Source: Candidatus Krumholzibacteriia bacterium (GTDB lineage Bacteria > Krumholzibacteriota > Krumholzibacteriia > WVZY01). From it: 22,886 bases of DNA. The DNA lies in assembly GCA_036478295.1 (NCBI GenBank), contig JAZGDW010000276.1:1-22886 (forward strand), in the 5' to 3' direction. Below are positions 7,946 through 17,397 of the stretch, piece by piece. The translations under genes and the position numbers were made by a program. Within the stretch, counting starts at the first letter, position 1. Every line of letters begins with the position of its first letter. The notes beneath the pieces are model-generated. The model was not told where the DNA came from. It saw nothing but the letters and a program-made list of their open reading frames with translations, and did no database searches.

Positions 7946-10861
7946 TCAATCTGTTTGGACTCCGAGCGCCCGCAATCGTGTTCGGGCATCCACCACGGGC
8001 GGCAGACCGGGGTCGGCCTGGGCCCAGGCGTCCAGGAAGCTCTCGTACTGTTGCCGTGCCTCCGCCGGCCGGCCTATCGCTTCGTAGATTTGTCCCAGCT
8101 GGTGGCGCCCGAGCGCGTGGCTGCCGTAGATCCGAAGCATCTCCTCGAGCACAGTGGCCGCCTCCTTGCCGCTGCCGGCCATGTGGAGAGCGCGCGCTGT
8201 GCTTTCACGGCGCTCGATGTCTTTCGACCCTCCGAGCGGCACGCCGCGCCGCGCCATCTCCCGCAGCGCCGCCAGCGCGCCCTCCCCGTCACCCTCGGCC
8301 AGTGCGATATCGGCGGAAACCCTGAGCAGTTGGAAAGGTTCCGAACGACCGCTGGTCTTCTCCAGCGCGCGCAGTTCATCTGCCGCCGCCCGCGCCGCGT
8401 CGAGCGAATCGAGCGCAACGAGTGCGCGCGCTCTGTAGCGCATGGCCGACAAACGATCGTAATCCGAGGCGGCGTCCGTCGATAGTCTCTCCGCCCAGCG
8501 CAATGCCTCACCCCGTCGCCCCGCCCTCAGCAGTAGTTGAATACGTCCTTCCGTCTCCCGCGCGGTTTCAGGACCCGAGACCATTCGCCAGGCCGAGTCG
8601 TAGAGTTCGAGAGCCTTGATGAAGCGGCCCCCCTCGAGGTAACAAAACGCAAGCCCCGGCCAGAAACTGATGTCGGCGAAAATCGAAACGCTGTCCACCC
8701 GCGACAGGTCCGCAGAGCGCAGGATCTCCTCGAAGGTCGCGATCGCCCCGTCGAGGTCGCCGCGGGAATAATCACAGTAGCCGATTCCCTGCAGCGACCA
8801 GAAGAATTGCGGATCGAGCTGCAGCGCATGCCGAAACGCCGCCTCCGCACTGTCCGGCTGGCCCACTGTCAGGTATCGCTGGCCCAGATCGTCCCAGGCG
8901 TTGGGGTTTTCGGGATCCTCTTTCACGTAAGTCTTCGTGGCCGCGAGCGCTTCATCCGTCCGGCCTACGTACGCGAGGCTCGTCCCGTACGTGTTGCCGA
9001 AAATCAAGTCGTCCGGGTAAAGCTCGAGTCCCTGCGCGGCAACGGCAACCGTTTCGTCGTAGTACCAGTTAAAAAACAAAACATCCGAAATATCGCTCAG
9101 AACCTTGCGATCGTCCGGCCACCTCGTGAGCATTTCCCGGTAGGTCGCAATGGCGTCCATCGATTTGTCGGCTACCCGCCCCCGCCAGGCCTCGAGCCGC
9201 ATGCGATCCTTGATTCCCAGGCGGGCCCGGTGATCCCAGGCCTTGTCGGCCCAGACGCGGGCGGCGTCCCGCTCCAGGTCCAGGTCGTGCGTCCGGGAAA
9301 TTTCAAAGAACGCAAGGGCGAACGTCGTGTCCAGCCGCACCGCCTCGGTGAGCTCAACGACGGAATCTCGCGTGCGCGCCTCTTCGCGGGCCAGAATGCC
9401 GTTGATGTAATGACGATACGCTTCGGCGGAATTGGTCGTCAGTGTGCTAACCGACGGCGGAGTGACCGGCTCTTCACTCCCGCTCTCCCGCGCGATCACC
9501 GGCAGGACGTCTGCGATGATCTGGTCGGCGAGGAGCACCAGGTTGACTCCCTCCACCCTGCGCGCGGCGAGGTTCTCGCCGCTGGCGATGTCGACCAGAC
9601 GCCAGGCAACATACGAGGCCCCCCCAACCGTCCCCATCTGACCGGTGAGCAGGATAGTGGCTCCGGACTGCCGCGCCACCTCGAGCGCCTCTGCTCCCTT
9701 AATCGGTCCGCGCGCGCCGGCGAAGAGCCGGCGCCGCAGGTCGTCGAGATACTCCGGGCTGATCACCCGCATGGGACTGCTTTCGACCAGGCCGACCTGC
9801 ACCAGTCCCGTCATGCCGGCGGAAACCGCGGGCTCGTCCGGCGTCGCCAGGTCGCGAAAATCCAGCACCGCCAACGCATGGGCTTCCGTCGGGAACCAGC
9901 CGCCGCGCTGCCACAGCGTCACGGCCACGACGGCCGCCAGCGCGATTCCGGCGATGGCGAGCACCACACCGACCCTGCGGCTGACCCTGCGCCCCGCACG
10001 CCGGCGCCTGCTTATCCCAAGTCGCCGCGAGGGTCTTCCCCCGCCGATCTCCTCGGCCACCGCTTCCAGCGCCGCTCCCAATTCCGAAGCGTCCCGGTAA
10101 CGCTCGCCGGCATCCTTGTGGAGCGCGCGGTTGATAACGTGCTCGAGAGCCTCCGGGACATCGCTTCGGTGGGTCGCAAGCGGTGCGGCTGGCTCGTGGA
10201 CCACCTGGTAGAGAATTGCTGCCTCTTGCTCGCCCGGGAACGGGGGCGTTCCCGCCACGAGCTCGTAGAGAACTACACCGAGCGAGAACACGTCGGACGC
10301 GGCACCCAACTCTTTGCCGAGTGCCTGCTCGGGCGACATGTACGACAACGTTCCCAAAGTCGTGCCGGTCCTGGTGATCTTCGTACGTCCGGTCAACTTG
10401 GCGAGACCGAAATCAACGATTTTCACCTGTCCGTCGGTGGTGAGCAGGATATTCCCCGGCTTGATGTCGCGGTGAACGAGGCCCTTTTCGTGGGCCCGCG
10501 CCAGCCCCGACGCCACCTGGCACACGATGTCGACCGCCTCACCGATGTCCACCAGGCCTTGTTGCATCTTGTCACCGAGCGTCTGTCCCTCGTAACAGGG
10601 CATGACGATGAACGTCAGCCCATCGGCGGTCTCGTCGATTTCATGGATCGTGCAGATGTTCGGATGATCCAGAGAAGAAGCGGATTTGGCCTCGAGTACG
10701 AACCGTTTCCTGGCGTCGGCATCCGCACCCATTTGCTGGGACAGAAACTTCAGGGCAACGACGCGGTCGAGCTTGAGGTCCTCGGCCTTGTAGACGACGC
10801 CCATACCGCCCTCACCGAGTTTCTCGAGGATTTTATAGTGGGATACTGTTTGGCCGATCAT
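7946..10861 (-). CDS. Hanks-type Ser/Thr kinase with TM segment and extracytoplasmic TolB_N-like/TPR region
   Basis: LGEGGMGVVY, VALKFL, HRDIKPGN, DFG, YMSPEQ, SDVFSLG; Arg-rich stretch then TM helix; LAVLDF domain; TPR repeats. Confidence 0.95.
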   Translation of the reverse strand: MIGQTVSHYKILEKLGEGGMGVVYKAEDLKLDRVVALKFLSQQMGADADARKRFVLEAKSASSLDHPNICTIHEIDETADGLTFIVMPCYEGQTLGDKMQQGLVDIGEAVDIVCQVASGLARAHEKGLVHRDIKPGNILLTTDGQVKIVDFGLAKLTGRTKITRTGTTLGTLSYMSPEQALGKELGAASDVFSLGVVLYELVAGTPPFPGEQEAAILYQVVHEPAAPLATHRSDVPEALEHVINRALHKDAGERYRDASELGAALEAVAEEIGGGRPSRRLGISRRRRAGRRVSRRVGVVLAIAGIALAAVVAVTLWQRGGWFPTEAHALAVLDFRDLATPDEPAVSAGMTGLVQVGLVESSPMRVISPEYLDDLRRRLFAGARGPIKGAEALEVARQSGATILLTGQMGTVGGASYVAWRLVDIASGENLAARRVEGVNLVLLADQIIADVLPVIARESGSEEPVTPPSVSTLTTNSAEAYRHYINGILAREEARTRDSVVELTEAVRLDTTFALAFFEISRTHDLDLERDAARVWADKAWDHRARLGIKDRMRLEAWRGRVADKSMDAIATYREMLTRWPDDRKVLSDISDVLFFNWYYDETVAVAAQGLELYPDDLIFGNTYGTSLAYVGRTDEALAATKTYVKEDPENPNAWDDLGQRYLTVGQPDSAEAAFRHALQLDPQFFWSLQGIGYCDYSRGDLDGAIATFEEILRSADLSRVDSVSIFADISFWPGLAFCYLEGGRFIKALELYDSAWRMVSGPETARETEGRIQLLLRAGRRGEALRWAERLSTDAASDYDRLSAMRYRARALVALDSLDAARAAADELRALEKTSGRSEPFQLLRVSADIALAEGDGEGALAALREMARRGVPLGGSKDIERRESTARALHMAGSGKEAATVLEEMLRIYGSHALGRHQLGQIYEAIGRPAEARQQYESFLDAWAQADPGLPPVVDARTRLRALGVQTD

Positions 10862-11022
10862 GGGCGTTTTTCAAACCGGGGCGAGAGTCGCCACGACGCC
10901 CTTCCTCAGGCGTCAACAAGATTGCGCCTCATGGTAATCCACCGTACCCGTTCCTTCAACCAAAACAGCCGCTCCGCCGGGGGGCGGAGCGGCTGCAGGC
11001 AACCCCGAGTGGCGCCAGCGAA

Positions 11023-14000
11023 TCACTTGAGCAGGACCATCTTGCGGGTTTGCGTGAAGTTCCGGGCGACGAGTTTGTAGAAATACACGCCCGAAGCCAC
11101 GGCCTGGCCGGCGTTGTTCATGCCGTTCCACCTCGCTGTGAACACTCCCGCCTGCGGGGTCTGGACTTCGTTCACGAGCGTCCTCACCAGCTGTCCCGCT
11201 GCATTGTAGATCCTCAGCGATACGTGACCCGCTTCCTTGATCGAGTATTCGATCTTCGTCGTCGGGTTGAACGGGTTCGGATAGTTGGGCTTCAGGACGT
11301 TCGCGTACTGTGGTGCGCCGTCGAACGCCGTCCCGGTAGTGACATTCTGCAAGAACGCGAGGATATTATGCAGATGCGTCACACGCGCCGGGGTGACCCC
11401 GGGGGGTCCGAGGTCGCGGACAAAGTGGTAGCTGAATCCGGACAGTACGAAGCGCGCCGTGCTTGCCGCCGAGTTCGGGGTCGTCTGGCTAAGGACGTAG
11501 GCCAGGCCGCTACCCGTATTGTTATACGCGGCAACCGACAGACCCGTCGCTTGGAGAAGATCGAAATCGTTGACGATCGGGCAGCCGCCGTAGGCCACCA
11601 GTTGTTCGCCGATATTCCACACATCGACTCCGTCGAGCACCGGTGACAGCGGCTCGCCCGCGTTCTTGTGATCGCCCAGTGGTGCCAGCGGATCCAGGTT
11701 GAAGTTCATGTAGATCGACCGCGTGTTCACGGCGCTCGCACCTATCGCCATGAGAGCCCACTCTTCAGCGATGTCGTCACCACTGGCATAAACGCCTGGG
11801 TTGTCGTCATCCTGATCCAGGAACGTGAAGAGCAGGGCGAAATCGTCGGCCTTTTTGGGGCCGCCGCCCCCGGCCACCCTGCCGCCGTCACCGATCAATC
11901 CGCTCTCGCGGTTGCCCGAGTTCCACAGGATCTTGCGGTACGGGCCGATGATCTGGGTAAACACGTTGCGAACCCGGGACGCGAGACTGTTTCCCCCAAA
12001 GGTGGATGAATCGAGTATGTCGTAGCGGTCGACCTCGTCCCTTATCCCCAAGTAGTCCAACGCCGAATCGAAGAAGATTTGCGTCGGGCCACCGCGATCG
12101 TCGGCATCATCCACGTAGAGGATATCGCCGCCCCTTGCAACCCCACCGGCGGGAAGGATCGTAAACTCCATCGGGGAATTCGCCGCGACGTTAATGTCCG
12201 AAGTGAAGTTGTTCGCACCCTGGCCGTTCAAGGTCCGGTGGAAGAAACCGCTCGATAGCGGCGACGTACCCGCAAAGAAGTAGCAGATCGTGTCGCCCGG
12301 CGTGAACAGGTTGTCGTTCAGGTCGATCGCAAAGCGGTCGTGCACAACGGTTCCCGCCGCCGTGAACGCCGTGTCCATGCGGAACTGGTACCACTGCACG
12401 CCACCCAGCATGGGGCTGGCGACGAGCGGCCAGCGCTTGCCAAACGGACCGCCGCCCGTGGTGAGACGGGTCTCCGGTGCCTCGATGTCGACCCCGGCTT
12501 TGCCCGGCTGGCCCTGCGGCCACACCGCGACGTAGGCGTACGCAGCCGGACCTGTCCCGGACAGCGGATCGCTAACAATGTTGCTAATATCCACCGTCAC
12601 CGAGTCGCCCGGGCGAATGGTCGGGCTGGCCACCGGCGCGATATCTTCGGCGCGGTTCGCGCCCGCCGTACCGGTGATCGTGCCGTCGGTCGAAAAGTTG
12701 TCCTGGAACAAGTCGATGTGACGGATACTCCACTGCGGCCCGGTCGTGTTGACACGCTTGACGTGGACCTCGTCGATCAACGGGGCGTGGCTGTGGCACA
12801 CGCCGCTGCCGAAGATGCCACACCAGATCGAGCACAGGTCCACGGTCCCCACGGCGATTTGAATTTGCGGGGCGGTGGGATCGAGGAGAGTCCCGATCTG
12901 TTCCGTAAACCGAAGCCAGAACTTGTGGCCACCGTAGTATACGTACTCGTGATCCCGCCACGCGGACGGGCAGCCCAGGGCGTCGATGCTGCGGACCCTC
13001 CAGGTAAAAAACTGCAGGTTGTCCAGTGGAAGATCCTTGTAGACGAGGAATGACAATATGTACTCGTTACCGGCGCCAGTATTGGCGAGCGGCGGCGACC
13101 ATATTTCGTTGCTTAAATAAACCCCCCCGGGAATGCCGAACGGTACGGCGCCAATGTCCGGACGTGGATCCGGCAAGTGGCAGTTGTAGTTCGTGCTCGT
13201 CGGAACGTCGAACCACGCGTAGAAGTGCGTGAAGTCCGTAAAGCACGGATCCTCTTGCAGGATGGTAACACCCGGATAGATCGCAGAGAAATCACCGAAC
13301 GGCGCCGGGGTCGTGGCGGTCCAGATGCCAACGCTCTTGGCACCGTCGGGCGCGCCCTCGAAGTCCTCGTCCTCGGTGCCGACCGAGATGCCACCGGACC
13401 ACGTTTCGATCCGGATGCTGTCCATCAGGATCGCACCGTCAGTCGGCCACAGGCCGTCCTCGTTCGACCGGGCACCGTCGGCCACGAAGCGCATACGCAG
13501 GGTGACCGTTCCCAGTCCACCGGCCGTGAACTCTTCGACCAGGGTCTGCGGGCCACCGTCATAGACATTCGGTCTGGCGGTAAAGCCCACGCCGACCGGC
13601 CACGCCGTCCAGGTGACGCCACCGTCACCGGAGTACTCGACCACGGTGCCGTCGTAACCCGGTTCCGAATCCCAGAAGACCTTGTAACCCATCTTCACGC
13701 TGTCGCCAGCCAGCGTGTTGGAGATCATGATCTGATCCCAACCGTTACCGTAGCCGGGAGCCGCGGCCCAACCGCAAAAGAGCGGGTTGGTGCTCGGAGC
13801 CTGGCCGCACCACAGCGACTTGTTGCCGACGAGCGGCAGCAGGTTACCGAAGGTGCCGCCGTTGAGCTCACCGGCTCCGCCGGACGCCACGTGAAAGAAC
13901 AGCAGTTGGGAGGTCAGGTCAACTGACGTCCATCCCTGTGCGTTGCCGAGTCCGGCGACCGTCCAGCTGAACCACCCGAGGTTGAAGGTATCGACAGCGG

Positions 14001-14133
14001 CCGAGGTCAAGGATGCCCCGGCGGTTATCGGGTCTTGTGTTGGAAAAGGCGGATTGCGGCTTTTTCTTCCCGCGTCACTCGTCGACGCGAGTACGGACAA
14101 CATACCGATCACGAGAACGGTAATTCTTTTCAT
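11023..14133 (-). CDS. Large secreted/surface protein with C-terminal FlgD-Ig/T9SS type-A-like sorting domain
   Basis: Start reassigned to ATG 14133 (MKRITVLVIG, signal peptide); DSEPGYDG motif of InhA/MAM-like beta-sandwich; C-terminus NYPNPFNPTTKIEYSI...GVYFYKL...TRKMVLLK. Confidence 0.88.
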   Translation of the reverse strand: MKRITVLVIGMLSVLASTSDAGRKSRNPPFPTQDPITAGASLTSAAVDTFNLGWFSWTVAGLGNAQGWTSVDLTSQLLFFHVASGGAGELNGGTFGNLLPLVGNKSLWCGQAPSTNPLFCGWAAAPGYGNGWDQIMISNTLAGDSVKMGYKVFWDSEPGYDGTVVEYSGDGGVTWTAWPVGVGFTARPNVYDGGPQTLVEEFTAGGLGTVTLRMRFVADGARSNEDGLWPTDGAILMDSIRIETWSGGISVGTEDEDFEGAPDGAKSVGIWTATTPAPFGDFSAIYPGVTILQEDPCFTDFTHFYAWFDVPTSTNYNCHLPDPRPDIGAVPFGIPGGVYLSNEIWSPPLANTGAGNEYILSFLVYKDLPLDNLQFFTWRVRSIDALGCPSAWRDHEYVYYGGHKFWLRFTEQIGTLLDPTAPQIQIAVGTVDLCSIWCGIFGSGVCHSHAPLIDEVHVKRVNTTGPQWSIRHIDLFQDNFSTDGTITGTAGANRAEDIAPVASPTIRPGDSVTVDISNIVSDPLSGTGPAAYAYVAVWPQGQPGKAGVDIEAPETRLTTGGGPFGKRWPLVASPMLGGVQWYQFRMDTAFTAAGTVVHDRFAIDLNDNLFTPGDTICYFFAGTSPLSSGFFHRTLNGQGANNFTSDINVAANSPMEFTILPAGGVARGGDILYVDDADDRGGPTQIFFDSALDYLGIRDEVDRYDILDSSTFGGNSLASRVRNVFTQIIGPYRKILWNSGNRESGLIGDGGRVAGGGGPKKADDFALLFTFLDQDDDNPGVYASGDDIAEEWALMAIGASAVNTRSIYMNFNLDPLAPLGDHKNAGEPLSPVLDGVDVWNIGEQLVAYGGCPIVNDFDLLQATGLSVAAYNNTGSGLAYVLSQTTPNSAASTARFVLSGFSYHFVRDLGPPGVTPARVTHLHNILAFLQNVTTGTAFDGAPQYANVLKPNYPNPFNPTTKIEYSIKEAGHVSLRIYNAAGQLVRTLVNEVQTPQAGVFTARWNGMNNAGQAVASGVYFYKLVARNFTQTRKMVLLK

Positions 14134-14326
14134 GATTCGACACGCCCCCAGGATTGAGTGGAGAGTTCGCCTGAGGAGCGGGTAGCGGACGCGTACACAC
14201 CAAAGATGACGCCCGACGCGAGGGAAACCGCGGTGCGGATGCGATGGCCTGGATCCGCATCGAGAAGGGCTTCGTAGGTTGACCGCCAGCACTCCTCTTG
14301 CATACATCCCTGCCGACCAGCTGCAA

Positions 14327-14355
14327 ATTATATAGTATCAAAGGCACCTGGTCAA
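14327..14355 (-). promoter_or_regulatory. sigma70 promoter of the large secreted protein
   Basis: Minus strand TTGACC-17 bp-TATAAT. Confidence 0.75.
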
Positions 14356-14538
14356 CCGGTTACGCAGATGTGACGCTGCCCAAAGTCCTGCTGAGTTACA
14401 GGTCGAATCGCATCTCTTTTTTGACCTTAGTCAAGTCGGGCAAAAGAAGTGGGGAGAAGCAATGGGTTAGGAGAGTTTCAAGCGGTGCGAATTGTCTCAT
14501 AAAGTGGAACTTATCGACTTGATCTCGGAAGCGGCGCG

Positions 14539-14571
14539 AAAAAAAGGGATGCACAAGGCACCCCTCTTTTT
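14539..14571 (-). terminator. Intrinsic terminator, possibly bidirectional
   Basis: Minus strand GGGGTGC-CTTGT-GCATCCC-TTTTTTT downstream of the lipoprotein gene; a T-tract also follows on the plus strand. Confidence 0.75.
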
Positions 14572-14657
14572 CCAACCGGTTAGCCACGCGCGGCATTCGG
14601 TCACGCCACCGACTCTTCGCGACGCACCCGGAGGCCCTGTCTCGCAGCGTATCTTTT

Positions 14658-15035
14658 CTACTTCTTGTGTTTACTCTTTCCCTTTTTCTTCTGGAGCCCA
14701 CGGGGGATTTTTTTCGTCGACACCGATTTCCAGGGCCCATCGATGTTGACCGCGATCTGCCACCCGCTACTCCTGGAGCGGTAGTAGCTCTTATCGTAGT
14801 AGTAGTTGTTATAACCGCTGACCACGTAAACACCCAGTTTCGATTCGTACACGAGCACCACGCCGTTGGCTTGTTTGTGCCGATAGCCGTGGGCGGGCGC
14901 ATGGGGGGGTGGACCCGATGCCTTGCCGGTGACGGCGGTGCCCGTACCCGCGTAGCGGACCCTGCTTTTGCACGCGGAAACTGCACAAATCATTGCAACT
15001 ACCGCCACTCCGATTGCGAACTTCGACAGGTTCAT
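14658..15035 (-). CDS. Small basic lipoprotein of unknown function
   Basis: GAGGAG RBS; lipobox VSA-C; PPPHAPAHGYRHK motif, Tyr-rich core, Lys-rich tail. Confidence 0.85.
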   Translation of the reverse strand: MNLSKFAIGVAVVAMICAVSACKSRVRYAGTGTAVTGKASGPPPHAPAHGYRHKQANGVVLVYESKLGVYVVSGYNNYYYDKSYYRSRSSGWQIAVNIDGPWKSVSTKKIPRGLQKKKGKSKHKK

Positions 15036-15150
15036 GATCGCGCTCCTCGTCTAATTGAGCCGGTGACTTGGACTTCAAGCTCCCCGGCCCGTTTGCCTCG
15101 CACGGTGCCTTCGGGCACCGGTGCATGATACCCCGAAATGCAGGTCATCG

Positions 15151-15166
15151 AGCAAGTATCAAGCCA
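15151..15166 (-). promoter_or_regulatory. Putative sigma54 (-24/-12) promoter for the lipoprotein
   Basis: Minus strand TGGCTTGATACTTGCT matches TGGC-N7-TTGCW spacing. Confidence 0.55.
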
Positions 15167-15380
15167 GCGCATCCGGCAAAGAACCGTGACCCCGAGTGCC
15201 CGGTGGACCCCATGGTAGCAATCTTACTTTATTGTCAGCAACCACTTAGGACGTAGCCACCGGCCATAATGAATTGGGACATAAATTGTGAAACTTCTGC
15301 GCAGGATCGGGATTGTACCGATACGGATTCCTGGGAATCCGCGCGCAAGGGGAGGAGGTTAACCCGTGGCAAACAGTTGA

Positions 15381-15431
15381 AAACATGGTGCGAAGGGGCG
15401 GAATTGAACCGCCGACACACGGATTTTCAGT
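15381..15431 (-). repeat. att direct repeat: duplicated 3' part of tRNA-Phe
   Basis: 51 bp identical to 18151-18201 (anticodon loop to CCA plus 5 bp); 5' half of the tRNA is absent. Confidence 0.95.
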
Positions 15432-15559
15432 GCGGGATGATGACAAAGAGTAATCTTATGCGTTCAATGCACTTGCTTAAATCGCTTCACTTTACGACGT
15501 TGATGGATCGTCTAACCAGTTCCCTTTTGTCTCACCGGAACCCACCAGACCCGATCTGT

Positions 15560-15582
15560 AGTGGCAGAAGAAGTGGCAGATG
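15560..15582 (+). repeat. Arm-type site pair (AGTGGCAGA x2), left end of islet
   Basis: AGTGGCAGA at 15560-68 and 15572-80; same motif pair at 18089-18108. Confidence 0.75.
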
Positions 15583-15825
15583 AAGTATAACGGTATTACC
15601 CACCACGCTCATCCTGTCGGTCAGCTTGTCTTCCTAGCCAGGCGGTTCGTCGGCGGGAAGCGGGAAACCCTGAGCGTTCCAAAGGGAAGGTCTGCAGAAT
15701 TCAATGTCAATCCCAAAGCGATATCTCGAGGAGAGACCGCTAACCCGGGGAGAGGTGGTCTCACTGCAATCGTGGATGGGAAGCATATCGACAGGGTGCG
15801 GTCCCGTCACACCGAGAACGGCAAG

Positions 15826-16515
15826 ATGGCCGAGATGACTGCTATCAACCACGACGCCCGCCACCTCTTCGCCTCCATCGCCAACGACTACGAGCGCTGG
15901 GCCCGGATTCTCAGCCTGGGTCAGGATCCCCGATGGCGGAGGGAGATGATCGCCGGCCTCGACCTTCCCCAGAGATCCCTGGTGCTCGACGTTGCCGCCG
16001 GCACGGGAGCCATCACGAGACTGGTCGAAGCTCGCGGTTTCGACGTCATCGCACTGGACCAGAGCCCCGAGATGCTTCAAGCGGCCAAGCAGCGGGGGGC
16101 AACAACCGTGCAGGCGAGGGCGGAGAGCCTCCCGTTTCCGGACGAGTCGTTCGACGGTTTGACCTTCAGCTATCTGCTGCGGTACGTAACCGATCCCCGC
16201 AGTTGTATGGAAGAGCTGGTACGCGTGGTGCGACCGGGAGGCATGATTGCCATGGTCGAATTCGGAAGGCCCCGCCGGCTGTGGGGACCCCCATGGTGGT
16301 TTTACACCAGGGTCCTGCTTCCTGCCGCCGGCTGTCTGATCGGCCCCGGCTGGCGCAGAGTGGGCTCGTTCCTCGGGCCCAGCATCGAAGACTTCCACCG
16401 GCGCTTCCCTGGGCACGCGCTCGTTGAGCTGTGGAGGTCGGCCGGACTCACAGAGGTACGGGCGCGCGAGTGCTCGCTCGGAGGATCGCTGCTCATGTGG
16501 GGGTGCAAGCCGTGA
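15826..16515 (+). CDS. Class I SAM-dependent methyltransferase, MenG/UbiE-like
   Basis: LFASIANDYE..LSLGQDPRWRR, VLDVAAGTG, LDQSPEML, AESLPFPDESFD, RVVRPGG..EF. Start at ATG 15826 or 15835 rather than 15580. Confidence 0.88.
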   Translation: MAEMTAINHDARHLFASIANDYERWARILSLGQDPRWRREMIAGLDLPQRSLVLDVAAGTGAITRLVEARGFDVIALDQSPEMLQAAKQRGATTVQARAESLPFPDESFDGLTFSYLLRYVTDPRSCMEELVRVVRPGGMIAMVEFGRPRRLWGPPWWFYTRVLLPAAGCLIGPGWRRVGSFLGPSIEDFHRRFPGHALVELWRSAGLTEVRARECSLGGSLLMWGCKP

Positions 16516-17234
16516 GGGAGACCGCTCCTGCTTTCTACGTGCCGCCGACCCGGAGCCGCGGCAGAGACATCGTCGCGGTGCTCCACCCTCCATACACGGT
16601 ATGGCACCTTGCCTATGTCGCCCTCGGCGCCGGACTCGCCCCCGAACTGGACTGGTGGCGGTTTGCCGGCACTGTGCTGGCATTCTTCCTCGGCACCGGT
16701 ATCGCGGCTCATGCCCTCGACGAGTGGCGAGACCGGCCGCTCCGCACTGGGCTTAGCGACAGGACCCTGCTCACATTCGGCCTGGGGGGCTTCGCCGCCG
16801 CAATCGGGGTGGCGGTCGCAGGCTCTTTCGTGATCTCGCCCTGGGTGTTCGCTTGGGCGGTACCCGGCGTCCTGTTGGCGGCCGGGTATGTGCTGGAGTG
16901 GGATCACAGGCTGCACTCCAACCTCGGGTTTGCCGTGACGTGGGGAGCGTTTCCCGTCCTGGTGGGCTACTGGGCTCAGGCGGAGACGATAACGCCGCCG
17001 GCCGTGGCGATGGGTGCTGCCGCCACCATGCTGAGTCTGACCCAACGGGCGCTGAGCACCTCGGCTCGTTTCGCCCGCCGCTCCGCCGTCGACGCGTCGG
17101 TGACGTTCGATGTGCCAGAAGGGAAACAAACCTGGGACCGGGATCGTCTGCTCACCACCTGGGAGTTGCCACTGAAGCTCCTCACCGCCACCGCCGTGTT
17201 GCTGGCGATCAGCCTATTGGCCGCTCACGTCTGA
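16512..17234 (+). CDS. Polytopic membrane protein, divergent UbiA-prenyltransferase-like
   Basis: GTG overlaps the methyltransferase stop (GTGA); about 7-8 TM helices; LHPPYT, AHALDEWRD, WGAFPVLVGY. The UbiA relationship is an inference. Confidence 0.7.
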   Translation: MRETAPAFYVPPTRSRGRDIVAVLHPPYTVWHLAYVALGAGLAPELDWWRFAGTVLAFFLGTGIAAHALDEWRDRPLRTGLSDRTLLTFGLGGFAAAIGVAVAGSFVISPWVFAWAVPGVLLAAGYVLEWDHRLHSNLGFAVTWGAFPVLVGYWAQAETITPPAVAMGAAATMLSLTQRALSTSARFARRSAVDASVTFDVPEGKQTWDRDRLLTTWELPLKLLTATAVLLAISLLAAHV

Positions 17235-17397
17235 CCCGGGCGAACTCGAAGAGAAGGACAGCGCGTATCCAGCGCACGTTGGCTTGTGTTCGTTTTCTCA
17301 ATTGGACGATCTTTGGGGAAATCTGCCCGCCGGCTGTAAGACCTCGGGGCACTTCTCCCACCAATACGTAGGAGTATTCCCGCAACCCAACCATGCG

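Noticed and set aside
8537..11080. 847-aa plus-strand ORF
   Set aside because: Antisense shadow of the GC-rich kinase gene; no recognisable motifs.
14134..14307. N-terminal extensions in the ORF track (also 6917-6973, 15580-15825, 16431-16511, 21217-21411, 22170-22238)
   Set aside because: Downstream starts give proper signal peptides, RBS or stop/start overlaps; the extensions look non-coding.
15036..15150. Riboswitch (e.g. c-di-GMP) in the lipoprotein leader
   Set aside because: A GGCAAAC and a hairpin are present, but the remaining conserved elements are not recognisable.
15386..15431. Second tRNA-Phe gene
   Set aside because: Lacks the 5' acceptor strand, D-arm and most of the 5' anticodon stem; it is the att repeat.
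15634..17129. Minus-strand ORFs of 349 and 275 aa as a possible islet integrase
   Set aside because: Shadows of the methyltransferase and membrane genes; no tyrosine- or serine-recombinase motifs.
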